From Eledone cirrhosa (taxonomy: Eukaryota), in contig OZ024749.1 of assembly GCA_964016885.1 (NCBI GenBank), positions 51,894,001 through 51,958,000 on the forward strand: a stretch of DNA of 64,000 nt, given 5' to 3'. Below the pieces are notes generated by a model. The model did not search any database and had not been told where the DNA came from. It saw nothing but the letters and a program-made list of their open reading frames with translations. Below are positions 1-11,617 of the stretch, piece after piece. The position numbers and the translations under genes are program-made. Each line of letters starts with the position of its first letter. The first letter of the stretch is position 1.

Positions 1-96
1 TAGATTAAGGGGACGGGCGGGATGGAATTGGAAAAAATGTCTTTAGATAAAAATAACAGGTCCATTCATGTTGACATCTCTTATATATATATATAA

Positions 97-273
97 TAAT
101 TGTTTCTACTTTAGGCACAAGGCCAGCAATTACCCAGTGCATTACTGGTACTTTATTTTATCGACCCCGTAAGGGTGAAAGGCAAAGTCAACCTCGGCGG
201 GATTTGAACTCAGATTGTAAAGGGACGTAACTATGCTGGAAAGCATGGCGTCCGACCCTCTACCGATACTGCC
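97..273 (-). mobile_element. tRNA-derived SINE family B (Meta-domain-like core GCCTTTCATCCTT...GGTCGATAAAATAAAGTACCAG)
   Basis: B-box GAGTTCAAATCCC. Further copies at about 2017-2165, 3181-3534, 17690-17870, 24003-24205, 31180-31405, 39225-39432, 40740-41065, 50128-50312, 58500-59060 and 59510-59685. Confidence 0.8.
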
Positions 274-286
274 AAAATAATAATAA

Positions 287-664
287 TACAAGGACGATTT
301 GTTAAGCCTTCATTACGTTTATTGATTGGTGATGCGCGTTTCACTATTGATCAGCTCAAAGTTCGATCTGTATCGATCTGGCTCAACTCTGGAATCAAAA
401 GCATGTCAGACCTCTGCTGTAGTAATGACAGAATGAATATATAAGACAATCAAAACAATATAAATTGATCAACTTATGAACGCGAAACGTTAGACATTTC
501 TATACCTTATATATTCATTCTGTCATTACTTCAGCAGAAGTTTGACAGTCTTTTGATTCCAGAGTCGGGCCAGATCGATACAGATCGAACCTTGAGCTGA
601 TCAATAGCGAAACACGCGTCACCAATCAATAAACGTAATGAAGGCTTAACAAATCATCCTTGTA
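287..664. repeat. Long inverted repeat (159-bp arms, 60-bp loop), possibly a Penelope-like pLTR remnant
   Basis: 287-445 is the imperfect reverse complement of 506-664. Confidence 0.85.
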
Positions 665-781
665 TATTACACTGTCTGGCTCAACACCTCGCCACTGACG
701 TGAACCTAAACATTGAGTGCTCACCTGGGTTAACCTACAGTAACTTCATGTTACACTCCCTAGATATATATGTATATATGT

Positions 782-1037
782 GAAGGCACATGGCCTAGTG
801 GTTAGAGCATTGGGCTTGCAATCGAATGGTTGTGGGTTCAATTCTCGGACCGGGTGATGTGTTTTTCCTTGAGCAAGACACTTTATTTCACGTTGCTCCA
901 GTTTACTCAGCTGTAGAAATGAGATGATAGGACTGGGGTCCCTATCATTAAATCACCCAAGACACCTCCAACGAGATATACCTTGGAGGAGGCCAGCTAA
1001 ACTGCATAGGTGTGAGCTGTAACAACAACAACAACAA
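782..1037 (+). mobile_element. tRNA-derived CORE-like SINE family A with (AAC)n tail
   Basis: A-box TGGCCTAGTGG, B-box GGTTCAATTC, CORE-like CCTTGAGCAAGACACTTT...CTCAGCTGTAGAAATG. Confidence 0.8.
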
Positions 1038-1099
1038 AATATATATATATCTTTCTTTATGTGTATATATTATATATAGCTATTTTCTTTTATTTTTAG

Positions 1100-1287
1100 A
1101 TCCATCAATTAATCTGGATGATCCTGTAACATCAGGGAAGATACTAGGATGTCATCGCTACAGTAATCCATATGGAGTTCAAATAAACTACTGTTTTTGT
1201 GATGAAAACCGTTGTAATAATTCCAGAAGAAATCTACCTTTGAACATATTGTTGTTGACTCTGGTTATACTTATACTGCAACTGTGA
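1100..1287 (+). CDS. Terminal exon of a Ly6/uPAR three-finger (quiver/sleepless-like) GPI-anchored protein; upstream exons lie outside the window
   Basis: Acceptor tttttag at 1093-1099. Encodes ...GCHRYSNPYGVQINYCFCDENRCNNS plus hydrophobic tail LPLNILLLTLVILILQL*. CxCxxxxCN is the LU-domain C-terminal motif, followed by a GPI-signal-like tail. Confidence 0.75.
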
Positions 1288-2515
1288 AAACATTTTGTTT
1301 GTTTTTTTGTGTGTATCTGACTCATATGAAACATAGACATTGCCGTATTGTATTCAGACATTCATATTTCTGTACAAATCCATTCTACATGGGTAAAAAT
1401 ATATTCATAAGATCTCATCATAGACATATACAAGAACATATCTTCTTCTTTTTCTTCTACTTCGTCCATTTATTCCTGGGAGGTTTGTTGGGGTAGAGTC
1501 CTCAAACATTCCTTCCATTAATTCTCTCTAACTTGTTGTTGTTAATGTCCATTTGAGTTTTGTTAAATTGGCACAACTAACAACACAGAACTTGAGAATT
1601 GACGCTTACGAATCATAGCTATGAAAGGATATCTTCTTATCTTATTTATCCACTTATTCCGGGGGGGAGGGGTTCGTGGGAGCTGAGCCTTCAAACACTC
1701 CTTCCTGCAGGTCCTGTCAGAAACCAGAAGCAACTGTTTCCAGTTGATCTGGTTGAATCCCCAAGTGAGACCAACCAAGCTCATGGATGTTATCCAACCA
1801 TCTTACTTACTCAGGGTCTATTCCTGGGTCTCTCGCCGGTTGGTTTTGCCCATAAAATCTGTCAGCTGACCCTTTCCTGATACATTCTAACCACATGTCC
1901 GTAATATCAGAGCTGTTATTTTATTGTTAAAGATCTTTGACCAACATTTACATCAATTTTAATTCTTTTAATACCAAACTGCCTGGAACTGTCCCGGATT
2001 TATGATCCAAAACTACTCATTACTGGTACTTTATTTTATCAACCCTGTAAAGATGAAATGCAAGTCTAACCTCGGTAGGGTTTGAACTCAAAATATAAAG
2101 GGTTGTAACTCTATGCTATAAAGCATGTTGTCCAATGCTCTACTGATTACTGCCGATCCACTGTCCTAAGTATAATAATGATTGAGGGGAAGTTCACAAT
2201 ATTTAAATTATCAGTTATTTGAGTATGTTTTATCATTATAGATATTCATCATCATCATCGTTTGACTTCAGGAGCAGACAACTACAGTCAACTTCCACAC
2301 AGTGTAGCTTATATATAATCGACTGCAGTCTTTTTGTTATGTGATCCCACCAATAGCCATGGCTAATGGTGAGACTCCTTGGATGGAGTGTAAACTCAGA
2401 ATGTAAAGTTCCACAACAGATGCAACACATCTTGTGAAGATCTTTAACCACTCCACTAATCAACCACTATGGTCTGGTGCTACTATATTTTATGTCATTT
2501 TAATGGCCACCTTTT

Positions 2516-2734
2516 TTAACTCTTAACTTCTTGTAGTGGTTTAATAGAAAATATCTAAAAAGTGAGTGTGTTAATTCAAATGTTTGTAGCATCTTTCCCA
2601 GTGGACAGATCATTGTGAAAATTTGTAATAATTTTTAATAGGGGGCAGTCATGGATCTGTTTTATACTTTTTCAAAAATTCAAAAATACCTTTGCTAATG
2701 GTGTTTCATATGGTACAGGACGTTAAGGGTTAAT
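2516..2734. mobile_element. Second TTAA-flanked MITE family (related pieces at about 19140-19380, 23617-24238 and 36700-36780)
   Basis: TTAACTCTTAAC...GGACGTTAAGGGTTAA ends; shared interior CAGATCATTGTGAAAATTTG. Confidence 0.55.
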
Positions 2735-3180
2735 TCCTGAAAACCCCTATTGTTTTTTAGGGTTATTTTTTTTTTGTAAATTTTATTGACCCCGTAAGGA
2801 TGAAAGACAAAGTTAACCTCGGCATTTTGTTACTCGATACTTGGGGAAGCAGAATGTGGTTATATTATAAAGAGTTATATTCAACAGATAGGTCCAGGCT
2901 GATTGCTGAAGGGCTTGGCGGTTTACTGGCTGTATCATTAGGGCTATGGTTTGTCCAAATAAAGGTGTATGTATTTTATTGGCAGCATGACCCTCCAGTA
3001 TAGGTACAAGTCTGATGACCATCTGGGCTCGAGACAGACTTTAACTAACTTAACTTTTAACGAATCATTATATAATTCTGTGAATAAAACTAAACAAATT
3101 GTCATCTGGATTACTCAAATATTTTCTCTTGATCTTTTTAAAAATATATAAAATATATATATAACATTCAAAATATACAA

Positions 3181-3534
3181 ATAATTGTTTCTACTTTTTG
3201 CACAAGGCCAGCAATTACCCAATGCATTACTGGTACTTTATTCTATCGACCCCGGAAGGATGAAAGGCAAAGTTAACCTCGGCGGGATTTGAACTCAGAT
3301 CATACAGGGAGGTAACTCTATGCTTCAAAGCATGGCATCATATACAAATAATTGTTTCTACTTTAGGCACAAGGCCAGCAATTACCCAGTGCATTACTGG
3401 TACTTTATTTTATCGACCCCGTAAGGATGAAAGGCAAAGTCAACCTCGGCGGGATTTGAACTCAGATTGTAAAGGGACGTAACTATGCTGTAAAGCATGG
3501 CGTCCGACCCTCTACCGATACTGCCAATCCACCG
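3181..3534 (-). mobile_element. Two tandem copies of SINE family B directly upstream of BLOC1S3
   Basis: Near-identical to 97-273. Confidence 0.8.
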
Positions 3535-3783
3535 ATACAAATAATATTCTAAAATCTCACCGACCTGTCACTAAATATATTTTCATGAAAATCAAGGGAG
3601 ACAACTCTAGAAAATAAAATACGAAACTAACATTTAAATTCATTTTCTATTTTTACTCATTTTTTCCCTCTTGTAAAAATATAATTTCTGTATTGTTGTT
3701 AAGTATTGTTTTCCTCCGACTTATTTCAAACGACTTTTTAAAGACAGCTAGCTGTATTTTTGTGTTTTATCTTGTATAAACTG

Positions 3784-3894
3784 ATGGATTCTTTCGTTGT
3801 GGAAGGAGAAGGTTCGGAATCGTCGGACGAGAATTATTTTCAAGTAAAACCGTCCACATCAAATGTACACAATCTGCCATATCCAAGTTACATG
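3784..3894 (+). CDS. BLOC1S3: BLOC1S3 coding exon 1 (MDSFVVEGEGSESSDE...)
   Basis: ATG at 3784, 37 codons, donor ATG|gtaagt. Confidence 0.8.
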
Positions 3895-6800
3895 GTAAGT
3901 AACCATATATAAAGCTACTATATAATGTTTCCTAACTGTTTCACTTGTGTATTAAGAGAACTTTGAACTTTAAAATATATTAGCTGACTCTGTGGAAATT
4001 TCTTGGTTTAAATTACAAACAGAAAAGAATTGAGAGCAATTTATAATGTTATTTACGCATTTGTAGCGTTATTTATACAACATGAATAAAACTTATGTAC
4101 CAGTTACAAACAACCACGAAGGTTATTTTATAAACAATATATATATATATATAATATAATTGTTTCTACTTTTGGTACAAGACCAGCAATTAAACAGTGT
4201 ATTACTGGTACTTTATTTTATCGACCCCGTCAGGATGAAGGCAAAGTTAACCTCATGCTTACAGGATGAAAATATAACCACATATATACAATACTTAATG
4301 AATAAAAGTATAAACACATATATACAATTAATTATTACTAAGAACCTTATAAATATAATAGACAAAAATATATAATCAAAGCAAGAGAAAAAATTACTAA
4401 AGATGAATATGACATATTAAGTGTTTTATTTATGAAGGCATATTTATATATAGAACCTAATATGACTGTAAAATTACCTCCTGTGTTTTGTTTGTTTCAT
4501 TTATTAATATTATATATATATATACACACACACGCAGTACTTCATTAATTGTTAATCAAATAAATTTAACAAATGACTGATATAATAATGTTGTTAATTT
4601 GAATGTGGTTGGTGTTAAGAAGGGCATTCAGCATCCGTAAAAACCCAACCAAAACATGATCTGCTATGAGCAATGTACGGCGCCCCCAACTGGCCAGACT
4701 GTCCTCATAAAGGTTCCTTACTGCAAACGTGGTTGGTGTTAGGAAGGGCATCCCATCTCCACTACAGGTCTGAACACTAGAGAAAGATAGAGAGAGTGAC
4801 AGAAAGGAAGTGAGAAAGAGATATAGAGGAAGAATCATCCCTAGTACTTAACTGGTTCTTTTTTTTTTATCAACCTCGAATGGATGAACGGCAAAGTTGA
4901 CCTCAGCAGGCATTGAACTCAGAGAGCAGAAAGCCAAAACAAATACTGCAAAGCATTCTACCCAACGTTCTAACGACGGCCAATTCGCTGCCTATCTTGT
5001 CACAATACCATTTTCAATGTTTTATTTTTCTCATTAGGGATCAAAGTTACCAAACCTTAAAGGTATTGTAGTTGCTGGAGAAGCTTCAGAATCAGATGAA
5101 GAGATCAATACCAGTGAATTAACTCATCCTATGCCAGCATTGAGAAGTAATTGATTTTTATTTTCTTTATATATACAAAAATATATCTTTTGTCGCATCA
5201 CCAGTCTGAGGAGCAAATCGATACTGGAGTCGGGTCCATAACTCCTACGGGTCACCTTGAGCCAATCCTCTGCGAAACTAGTCGATATGCAATAAATATT
5301 TTTCATATGTAAATGAAACTTCCTCATTTTTTCTATTATATACACTCTGCCTGTGAATAGAGGGCTTGATTTGGTACCAACACCAGTATTTCACTGTACT
5401 ACCTACACTATATATATATATACACACCCATATCATCATCATCATCATACGTCTGCTTTTCCATGCTTGCAAGGGTGGGACAGGTCCTATTCAGCACAGC
5501 ATCTCTCCATTCATTACAGTCCTTCGTCATCTCCTCTGTGAGCTTCAGCGATCTGAGGTCAGCTCTCACCATCTCCGCCCATGATTTTAGTGGTCTTCTA
5601 TATATATTTTTAAAATAACCAAATGATTTCCAGCTACCATCTATGAAAAATGATGTAAATAAAAGCTAAAATGATTACATGAAAAAACCGAAGGTATTAA
5701 TAATAGTAAAAGTAATAATAATAATGAGAACATTAATAGTAGTGTTATAGCATTTAGTCTTTTCATAGCAAGAAATTGTTTTTCTCGCCCCACATAACAA
5801 CGTAATTATAGTTACATATTTTTTGCCCATCGCCAGAGAATGTCTTCAAAAACCACTGTAATGTCTTCCTGTTTTCTTTTAGTTGTAAAGATTTTTGAAA
5901 TATTTACTTCTGCATCTACAGATTTATTTTTCTCAGTTTCAGAAGATCCCATATAGGGTGAAAGCAGAAATTCTTTGCTTAAAGTTTAATCTGTAGTAAT
6001 CGGGAAAAAAAAAATTTTTCTTCAGTTTCCACCATGCCCATCTCCTCAATTTCTTCTTTAATTTCTCATTCTTTCTTCTAATGAAGGACTAGCGTCCTAA
6101 ACGTTAAGACTCTTTTCCTACTGTATGAAACATAAAATTGATAATATATTTCTTCATTGTACTTTGTTATTTCTGTTTTCCTTTTGCATATATATATATA
6201 TGTGTGTAATACAATGCTAAATATCCTAATAATTCAAATAAGATAAATCTCGTACTATAGAAGCAACATAGAACTCATTAGATAATATCTCTCTGTCAAA
6301 ATCAGTATCTATTAGATTGTCAATAATTTTCATATATTTAAACTATTTTACTCTATTGTTGTCAATCTTTGATTTAATCACTCAATTATTTATTTACAGT
6401 AGATAAAGCCATTCCAAGTAGTGATAATGCCAGCCCGAGTCCAGTTAATACATTGTCTGTATTCCAACAAGGTCAAATTCCCCAACCCAAATATAACTCG
6501 TGAGTAAATTTATTTTATTATCACTGTATTATGCTAATAGGAACAGTAAGAGCCAGTTTTTTTTTCTCATGTGATCTTTAGAACAAGTTTTTTTTGTGGA
6601 TTATTTTTCTACTTATTCACCGGCTTCTTATTTATTATCTATGAAGTAATAAACTAAAATAGTACAAATTACATTAATTCTCTCTTTTTTTTGGGGGGGG
6701 GGGGTGTATATTGCACATTAGAAGTGGATTTTGTGAAGCCCAGATGAGTTTAACCCTTTCATTAACATATTTCTAATGAGAGACACTGTCTATATCATTA

Positions 6801-9431
6801 ACCTTTTCATTACCATATTTCTAATGAAAGACACTGCCTATGTCATTAACCCTTTCATTACCATATTTCTAATGAAAGATACTGCCTGTGTTGTTAACCC
6901 TTTCATTACCATATTTCTAATGAAAGACACTATCTATATGAACCCTGTAAGGTGGTGCTGGTGCCATGTCAAAAAAAACACCCAGTCCACCCTGTAAAGT
7001 GGTAGTGCTGGTGTCACAATAAAAGCTCCCAATACAAGCTGTAAAGCAGTTGGTGTTATGAAGGACATCAGTAGTTATAATTTTAATATAAATCCTTTTT
7101 CTAAAAAAATTCAAATCTCATTTTAATAAGCATACTTACGCACATTTTATTAATAATTAACAAATAGAAATATATGAATCCTTTTAAATTATAAACATGA
7201 TTTGGATTATGAGTGTAAAAAGTTAATATCGTAGAATTTTTTATCTATTTTTTGTAAACTTATCTGATTCTTCTATTTTAGCTTGCTACATTCCAAATTG
7301 AGTAAGTTCTACTTTAGTCATTTATTCCTAACAATTACTATAGCAATCTATATTTTTATGATTTGATTTTGTATATACAGATATTGTTTCATAAAACAGA
7401 ATGTATTTTATATTAGAACACATCATTTGTTTTGTTTTGTTTGTTCGTTTTTTTTTTTCCTTTTGAAAAGAGGGTTATAATCCTGAAATATTATGTTGAA
7501 ATATACTGTATGATAAAAACATTACTTTGTTTTTGTTTTATTTGTTATCCTTTGCCCTTTATATACTTCTACCACCTTGTACCGGCTTTCTGAAACTTAG
7601 TCATTTATTACATATTTCACAATGCTTCGTATTAACTAAATTTTGTTTATAGAGACATTCTTTTTCATAAAACATAACACATTCTATATTTAGTACTTCA
7701 TAATTTATTAGATTAAAGTTAATATTTGAAAATATCTGTTTACTTTTTATTCCTTTTAACTGATTAAATATATGAATATATCAGATTAATGTTAATGTTT
7801 GAAGATAGGAATGTGGCGAAGTAAAGATGTTTGACTCGCGTTCATAAAGTAGTGAGTTCAACTCCTAGCCTGGGCAGTGTGTTGTGTTCTTGAGCAAAAT
7901 ACTTTATTTTGTGTTGCTTCTTCTGCCAATAGTTGCAACAAGCAGATAGTATCAGCAATAGAAAGACCAATGGAAATACAGTTTCCTTGATCTGATCTGG
8001 TGATCAGCTTTTTTCATTTTCTGCTAGTAGTTGTGACTGGTAGATAGTATCAGCAATAGAAAGACCAGTGGAAGCATTGGTTTGTTGGTCTGATATGATG
8101 ATCAGCTCCTCTCCGTATCTGCTAGTAGTTGTGACTGACAGATAGTATCAGCAATAGAAAAATCAATGGAAATACAGTTTCCTTGGTCCGATATGACCGT
8201 ATGCTTCTTTTCTTTCTTTTTCCTTTTACAATGTTAAAATGATGATTTTAAGAATATTTTAATCAAATGTTAGTTATTTTCTTTTGTTCATTATAAACTA
8301 AACAATGAAGCTTTAAAAAATGGTAACGTTTCTCCTCTGTAGAATAACTGAATTTAGACTGCTTTCAAACAAGAAATTTTGTTTAAACACTATATTGAAA
8401 ATAAATGCTTGCTTTTTTCCTTTATTTCAATTTAAAATCTTTAAATCAGCTGTAAGCTGTAATATTCATATATTAATATTTCAGGAGATCGGAATATTGC
8501 TTTTAGTCGACATTTAAGAGAAGCTCTGAAACATATTTACATATCATCAACTAAAAACCTTATCAGTAATTCACAAAATCTATTTAAAACTCAAGCAGCT
8601 ATTCAGGTAATAATTTTCATTTCCTGTATATATTTTCTTGACATCTTTTAAAAGAAAAGAATCTGTTATCACTTGTTTGTTAATAACTGGTTTGTCACCT
8701 TTTGAATAGTTTGAGATGATTAGCAATATTTCTGTGGTTAAGGTTATAAATTTTTTTAATTAAAAGAAATATAATAATTAGGACATGTGAATGGAAATGA
8801 CAAAATGTATCATAGGTTCATCATCATCATTACCGTTACCATCACCATCATACAAGGTTAACTGGAGGCTTTTTGTCTTGACACTAGCACAACCACTTTA
8901 CAGGGTGGACTGGGTGCTTTTTGTCATGACCACTCTACAGGGTGGACTGGGTGCTTTTTGTCATGACCACTCTACAGGGTGGACTGGGTGCTTTTTGTCA
9001 TGACCACTCTACAGGGTGGACTGGGTGCTTTTTGTCATGACCACTCTACAGGGTGGACTGGGTGCTTTTTGTCATGACCACTCTACAGGGTGGATTGGGT
9101 GATTTTTGTCATGACCACTTTACAGGGTGGATTGGGTGATTTTTGTCATGACCACTTTACAGGGTGGACTGGGTGCTTTTTGTCATGACCACTTTACAGG
9201 GTGGATTGGGTGATTTTTGTCATGACCACTTTACAGGGTGGACTGGGTGCTTTTTGTCATGACCACTTTACAGGGTTTGTTTTATATTATTATTGATTTA
9301 CTTTTTATTTTATTTTAAAGGATGTCTCTCACAACATGCGTCTCCTCACCAATGACCTGTTCCATATCCAAGACAAAATTGACATCATAACATCCTGTAA
9401 TATACTTCCAGATATTAAACTTCCTAATTGA
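3784..9431 (+). CDS. BLOC1S3: BLOC-1 subunit 3 (BLOS3), six coding exons, 190 aa
   Basis: Exons 3784-3894, 5038-5146, 6400-6499, 7282-7301, 8485-8606 and 9321-9431 join in frame (573 nt) with GT-AG boundaries. Motifs VVAGEASESDEE, SLLHSKLRDRN and DVSHNMRLLTNDLFHIQDKIDIITSCNILPDI match the BLOC1S3 family. Confidence 0.9.
5038..5146 (+). CDS. BLOC1S3: BLOC1S3 coding exon 2 (GSKLPNLKGIVVAGEASESDEE...)
   Basis: Acceptor cattag, donor gtaatt, conserved VVxGEASE motif. Confidence 0.85.
6400..6499 (+). CDS. BLOC1S3: BLOC1S3 coding exon 3
   Basis: Acceptor ttacag, donor gtgagt, phases 1 and 2 fit the neighbouring exons. Confidence 0.8.
6750..6935. repeat. 48-bp tandem repeat (about 4 copies) of a TTAACCC MITE terminus
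   Basis: Unit TTAACCCTTTCATTACCATATTTCTAATGAAAGACACTGCCTATGTCA. Confidence 0.85.
7282..7301 (+). CDS. BLOC1S3: BLOC1S3 20-nt microexon (SLLHSKLR)
   Basis: ttttag|cttgctacattccaaattga|gtaagt; needed to keep the frame between exons 3 and 5; encodes the conserved SLLHxKL motif. Confidence 0.8.
8485..8606 (+). CDS. BLOC1S3: BLOC1S3 coding exon 5
   Basis: Acceptor tttcag, donor CAG|gtaata, helical segment RDRNIAFSRHLREAL...TQAAIQ. Confidence 0.85.
8892..9275. repeat. 37-bp minisatellite (about 10 copies)
   Basis: Unit CATGACCACTCTACAGGGTGGACTGGGTGCTTTTTGT. Confidence 0.9.
9321..9431 (+). CDS. BLOC1S3: BLOC1S3 last coding exon
   Basis: Acceptor ttttaaag; DVSHNMRLLTNDL...CNILPDIKLPN*. Confidence 0.9.
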   Translation, partial: DVSHNMRLLTNDLFHIQDKIDIITSCNILPDIKLPN

Positions 9432-9539
9432 ACAAACTTACTGAGGTCAGAAACAGTTGAAATCACCATTTAAAGTTACCAATAAATAAATAAACAATAT
9501 ATAAAAATTTCAGCAACAGATCAAATTGGTAAATGGGTA

Positions 9540-9938
9540 TATGAAGGTCAGCTGAAATGTTCATAGGCTGACCTAGATACTCTCATGGAATGACCAAATG
9601 AGGTTTATTCTTCAACATAGTCCCTGGAAGAGTTGAAATTATTCACAGTTCTAGCATAGACTCCTTCATAGTCAACCTATGAACTTTTCAGCCCACCTTC
9701 ATGTATCAATCTATCTAGCTATATATATATATAATACGAAAGTTGACTGAAAAGTTCATAGACTGACCAAGATACTCTCATGGAATGACTAAATGATGTT
9801 TATTTTTTAAACTCAGTCCCTGGAAAGAAACAATACAGTTATTAATAAAGAAGAGTTGAAATTAATACATGCAAGATCTCACAGCTCTAGCATCACTCTT
9901 TCATCGTCAGCCTATGAACATTTCAGTCGACCCTCGTA
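9540..9938 (+). mobile_element. Two tandem Tc1/mariner-type MITEs (about 9540-9705 and 9735-9938)
   Basis: TIRs TACGAGGGTCAGCTGAAAAGTTCATAG...CTATGAACTTTTCAG..GACCCTCGTA with TA ends. Confidence 0.75.
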
Positions 9939-11053
9939 ATAACATTGAAAAGACATCAGAGAAAAAAATTATTAATTAAATTCAATGGATCTTATTTCTG
10001 TTTTGCAAAATTGCAAATCTTGTTTGATCTTGCCTGGGGATCTATCTGGATCATTGAGAGACAGTTGCTTCTGATAGAACCCTCTAGAATGCATGTCTGT
10101 CGACACTGCCCCCTCAATGACCCTCAGAAATAAGTGAGTGAAAAAGAAGAAAGTTTAATTGTTAAAATAAAGATGAAATATCTTTTAAAATTATAACTTG
10201 GGCAATACAATCTTCACTGTATTTTTTTCTCATTTATATTGTAAATATTTGTTTCCTGTTTTACATCGTTTGAATAAAAGTTTGACACTTAACTCATTTT
10301 ATTTTCTTTCTTTGCATTCACCATTTTATATTTCAATAAAGACACACTTAAAGAAATGCAAATCTTCTTTCAAGTTAGAGTAGCCAATCTTTTTCATGAG
10401 AGACATCAAACAACAAAGTGTTTGTGTCAACCAACAAAGCACTGGTTGCTTGCGATATCATTGTCACTGCCTACTCTTTTGCTCTGCCCTCTTATATTTT
10501 TTTTTTTTGGGGGGGGGGTTACCTGCTGCCCTCATCTTGGACATTGCAGAATATTGTAGAATATATTTAGAATCAATAAAAACTGTTGTTAATATTGCAT
10601 CAACCTAATATTTCAAAAAAATGTATATGGCTGGTATATTTGACACAAGTTGGTTAACTAAGAGAATGCTGTATAAAGCATTTGTGATTGATGAGGTTGG
10701 TAAGTGACAAGTATTTAGTATCTAAATGTTCCACATAATAGAAATGGATTTTGAAGAGTTAGCTGTTAGTATTAGATAAGAGGTAGTCCTTACAATGTAT
10801 ATGTTTAGCCTCAGGAAAAAAAGAAAATATTTTAATGTATGGAATGACAATTAAGCTGGGAGTTACTAGCAAGCTTTAAGAAAATACAGTTAGACATTCT
10901 TCTTCTTGTTGAGTCATCCCTCCATCAAAGGTGTAGTATGGATAAAGTTCTTGTTCCAGACTTCCTAATCTCTCATTGCAGCAAGAAGATCCTGTCCAGT
11001 GAGGCCAGTATTTCTCACCTAAAAATAAAAAGGTCTGACATAGGACCCATATA

Positions 11054-11244
11054 TACAAGGGTCAGCTGAATAGTTCATAGGCTGACTATGAAAGAATGAT
11101 GCAAGAGCTGTAAAATCTTGAAATTGATATTTCAATTCTTATTGCATTGTTACTTTTCAGGGACTATGTTGAAAAATAAACCTCTTTTGGTCATTCCATG
11201 AGAGTATCTTGGTCAACTTATGAACTTTTCAGCCCACCTTTGTA
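11054..11244 (-). mobile_element. Tc1/mariner-type MITE, opposite orientation
   Basis: Same TIRs; interior is the reverse complement of 9735-9938. Confidence 0.75.
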
Positions 11245-11617
11245 TTATATATATGAAATAAATTGAAGAAACTACTCAACAGTTTTAGATATAGAAGTAG
11301 GATATGTTACTTCCTAATTTAATCATGTATGTATGTGGCCAAGTGCTAAATGTGTTGGACTTATGATCATGATGTCGTGGGTTTGATTCTTGTACTGAGT
11401 TGTGTGTTGTGTTCTTGAGCAAAACACTTCATTTCATATTGCTCCAGTATACTCAACTGAAAATGAGTCCCAGAAATAGATGGGGTGTTTAACCCTGTGA
11501 AGGACTGGCATCCTGTCCAGTGAGGACTCTTGTAATTTCAGTCGCTTTTTTTTCCAATGTGGATATCTGATTGGCCCAGTTCAGCCTCCGCATATATATA
11601 ATCACAAATAAAAATCC

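Noticed and set aside
10876-11058. 60-aa minus-strand ORF as a protein-coding gene
   Set aside because: Its start lies at a MITE end upstream of the acceptor and it has no recognisable domain; kept only as a possible non-coding exon
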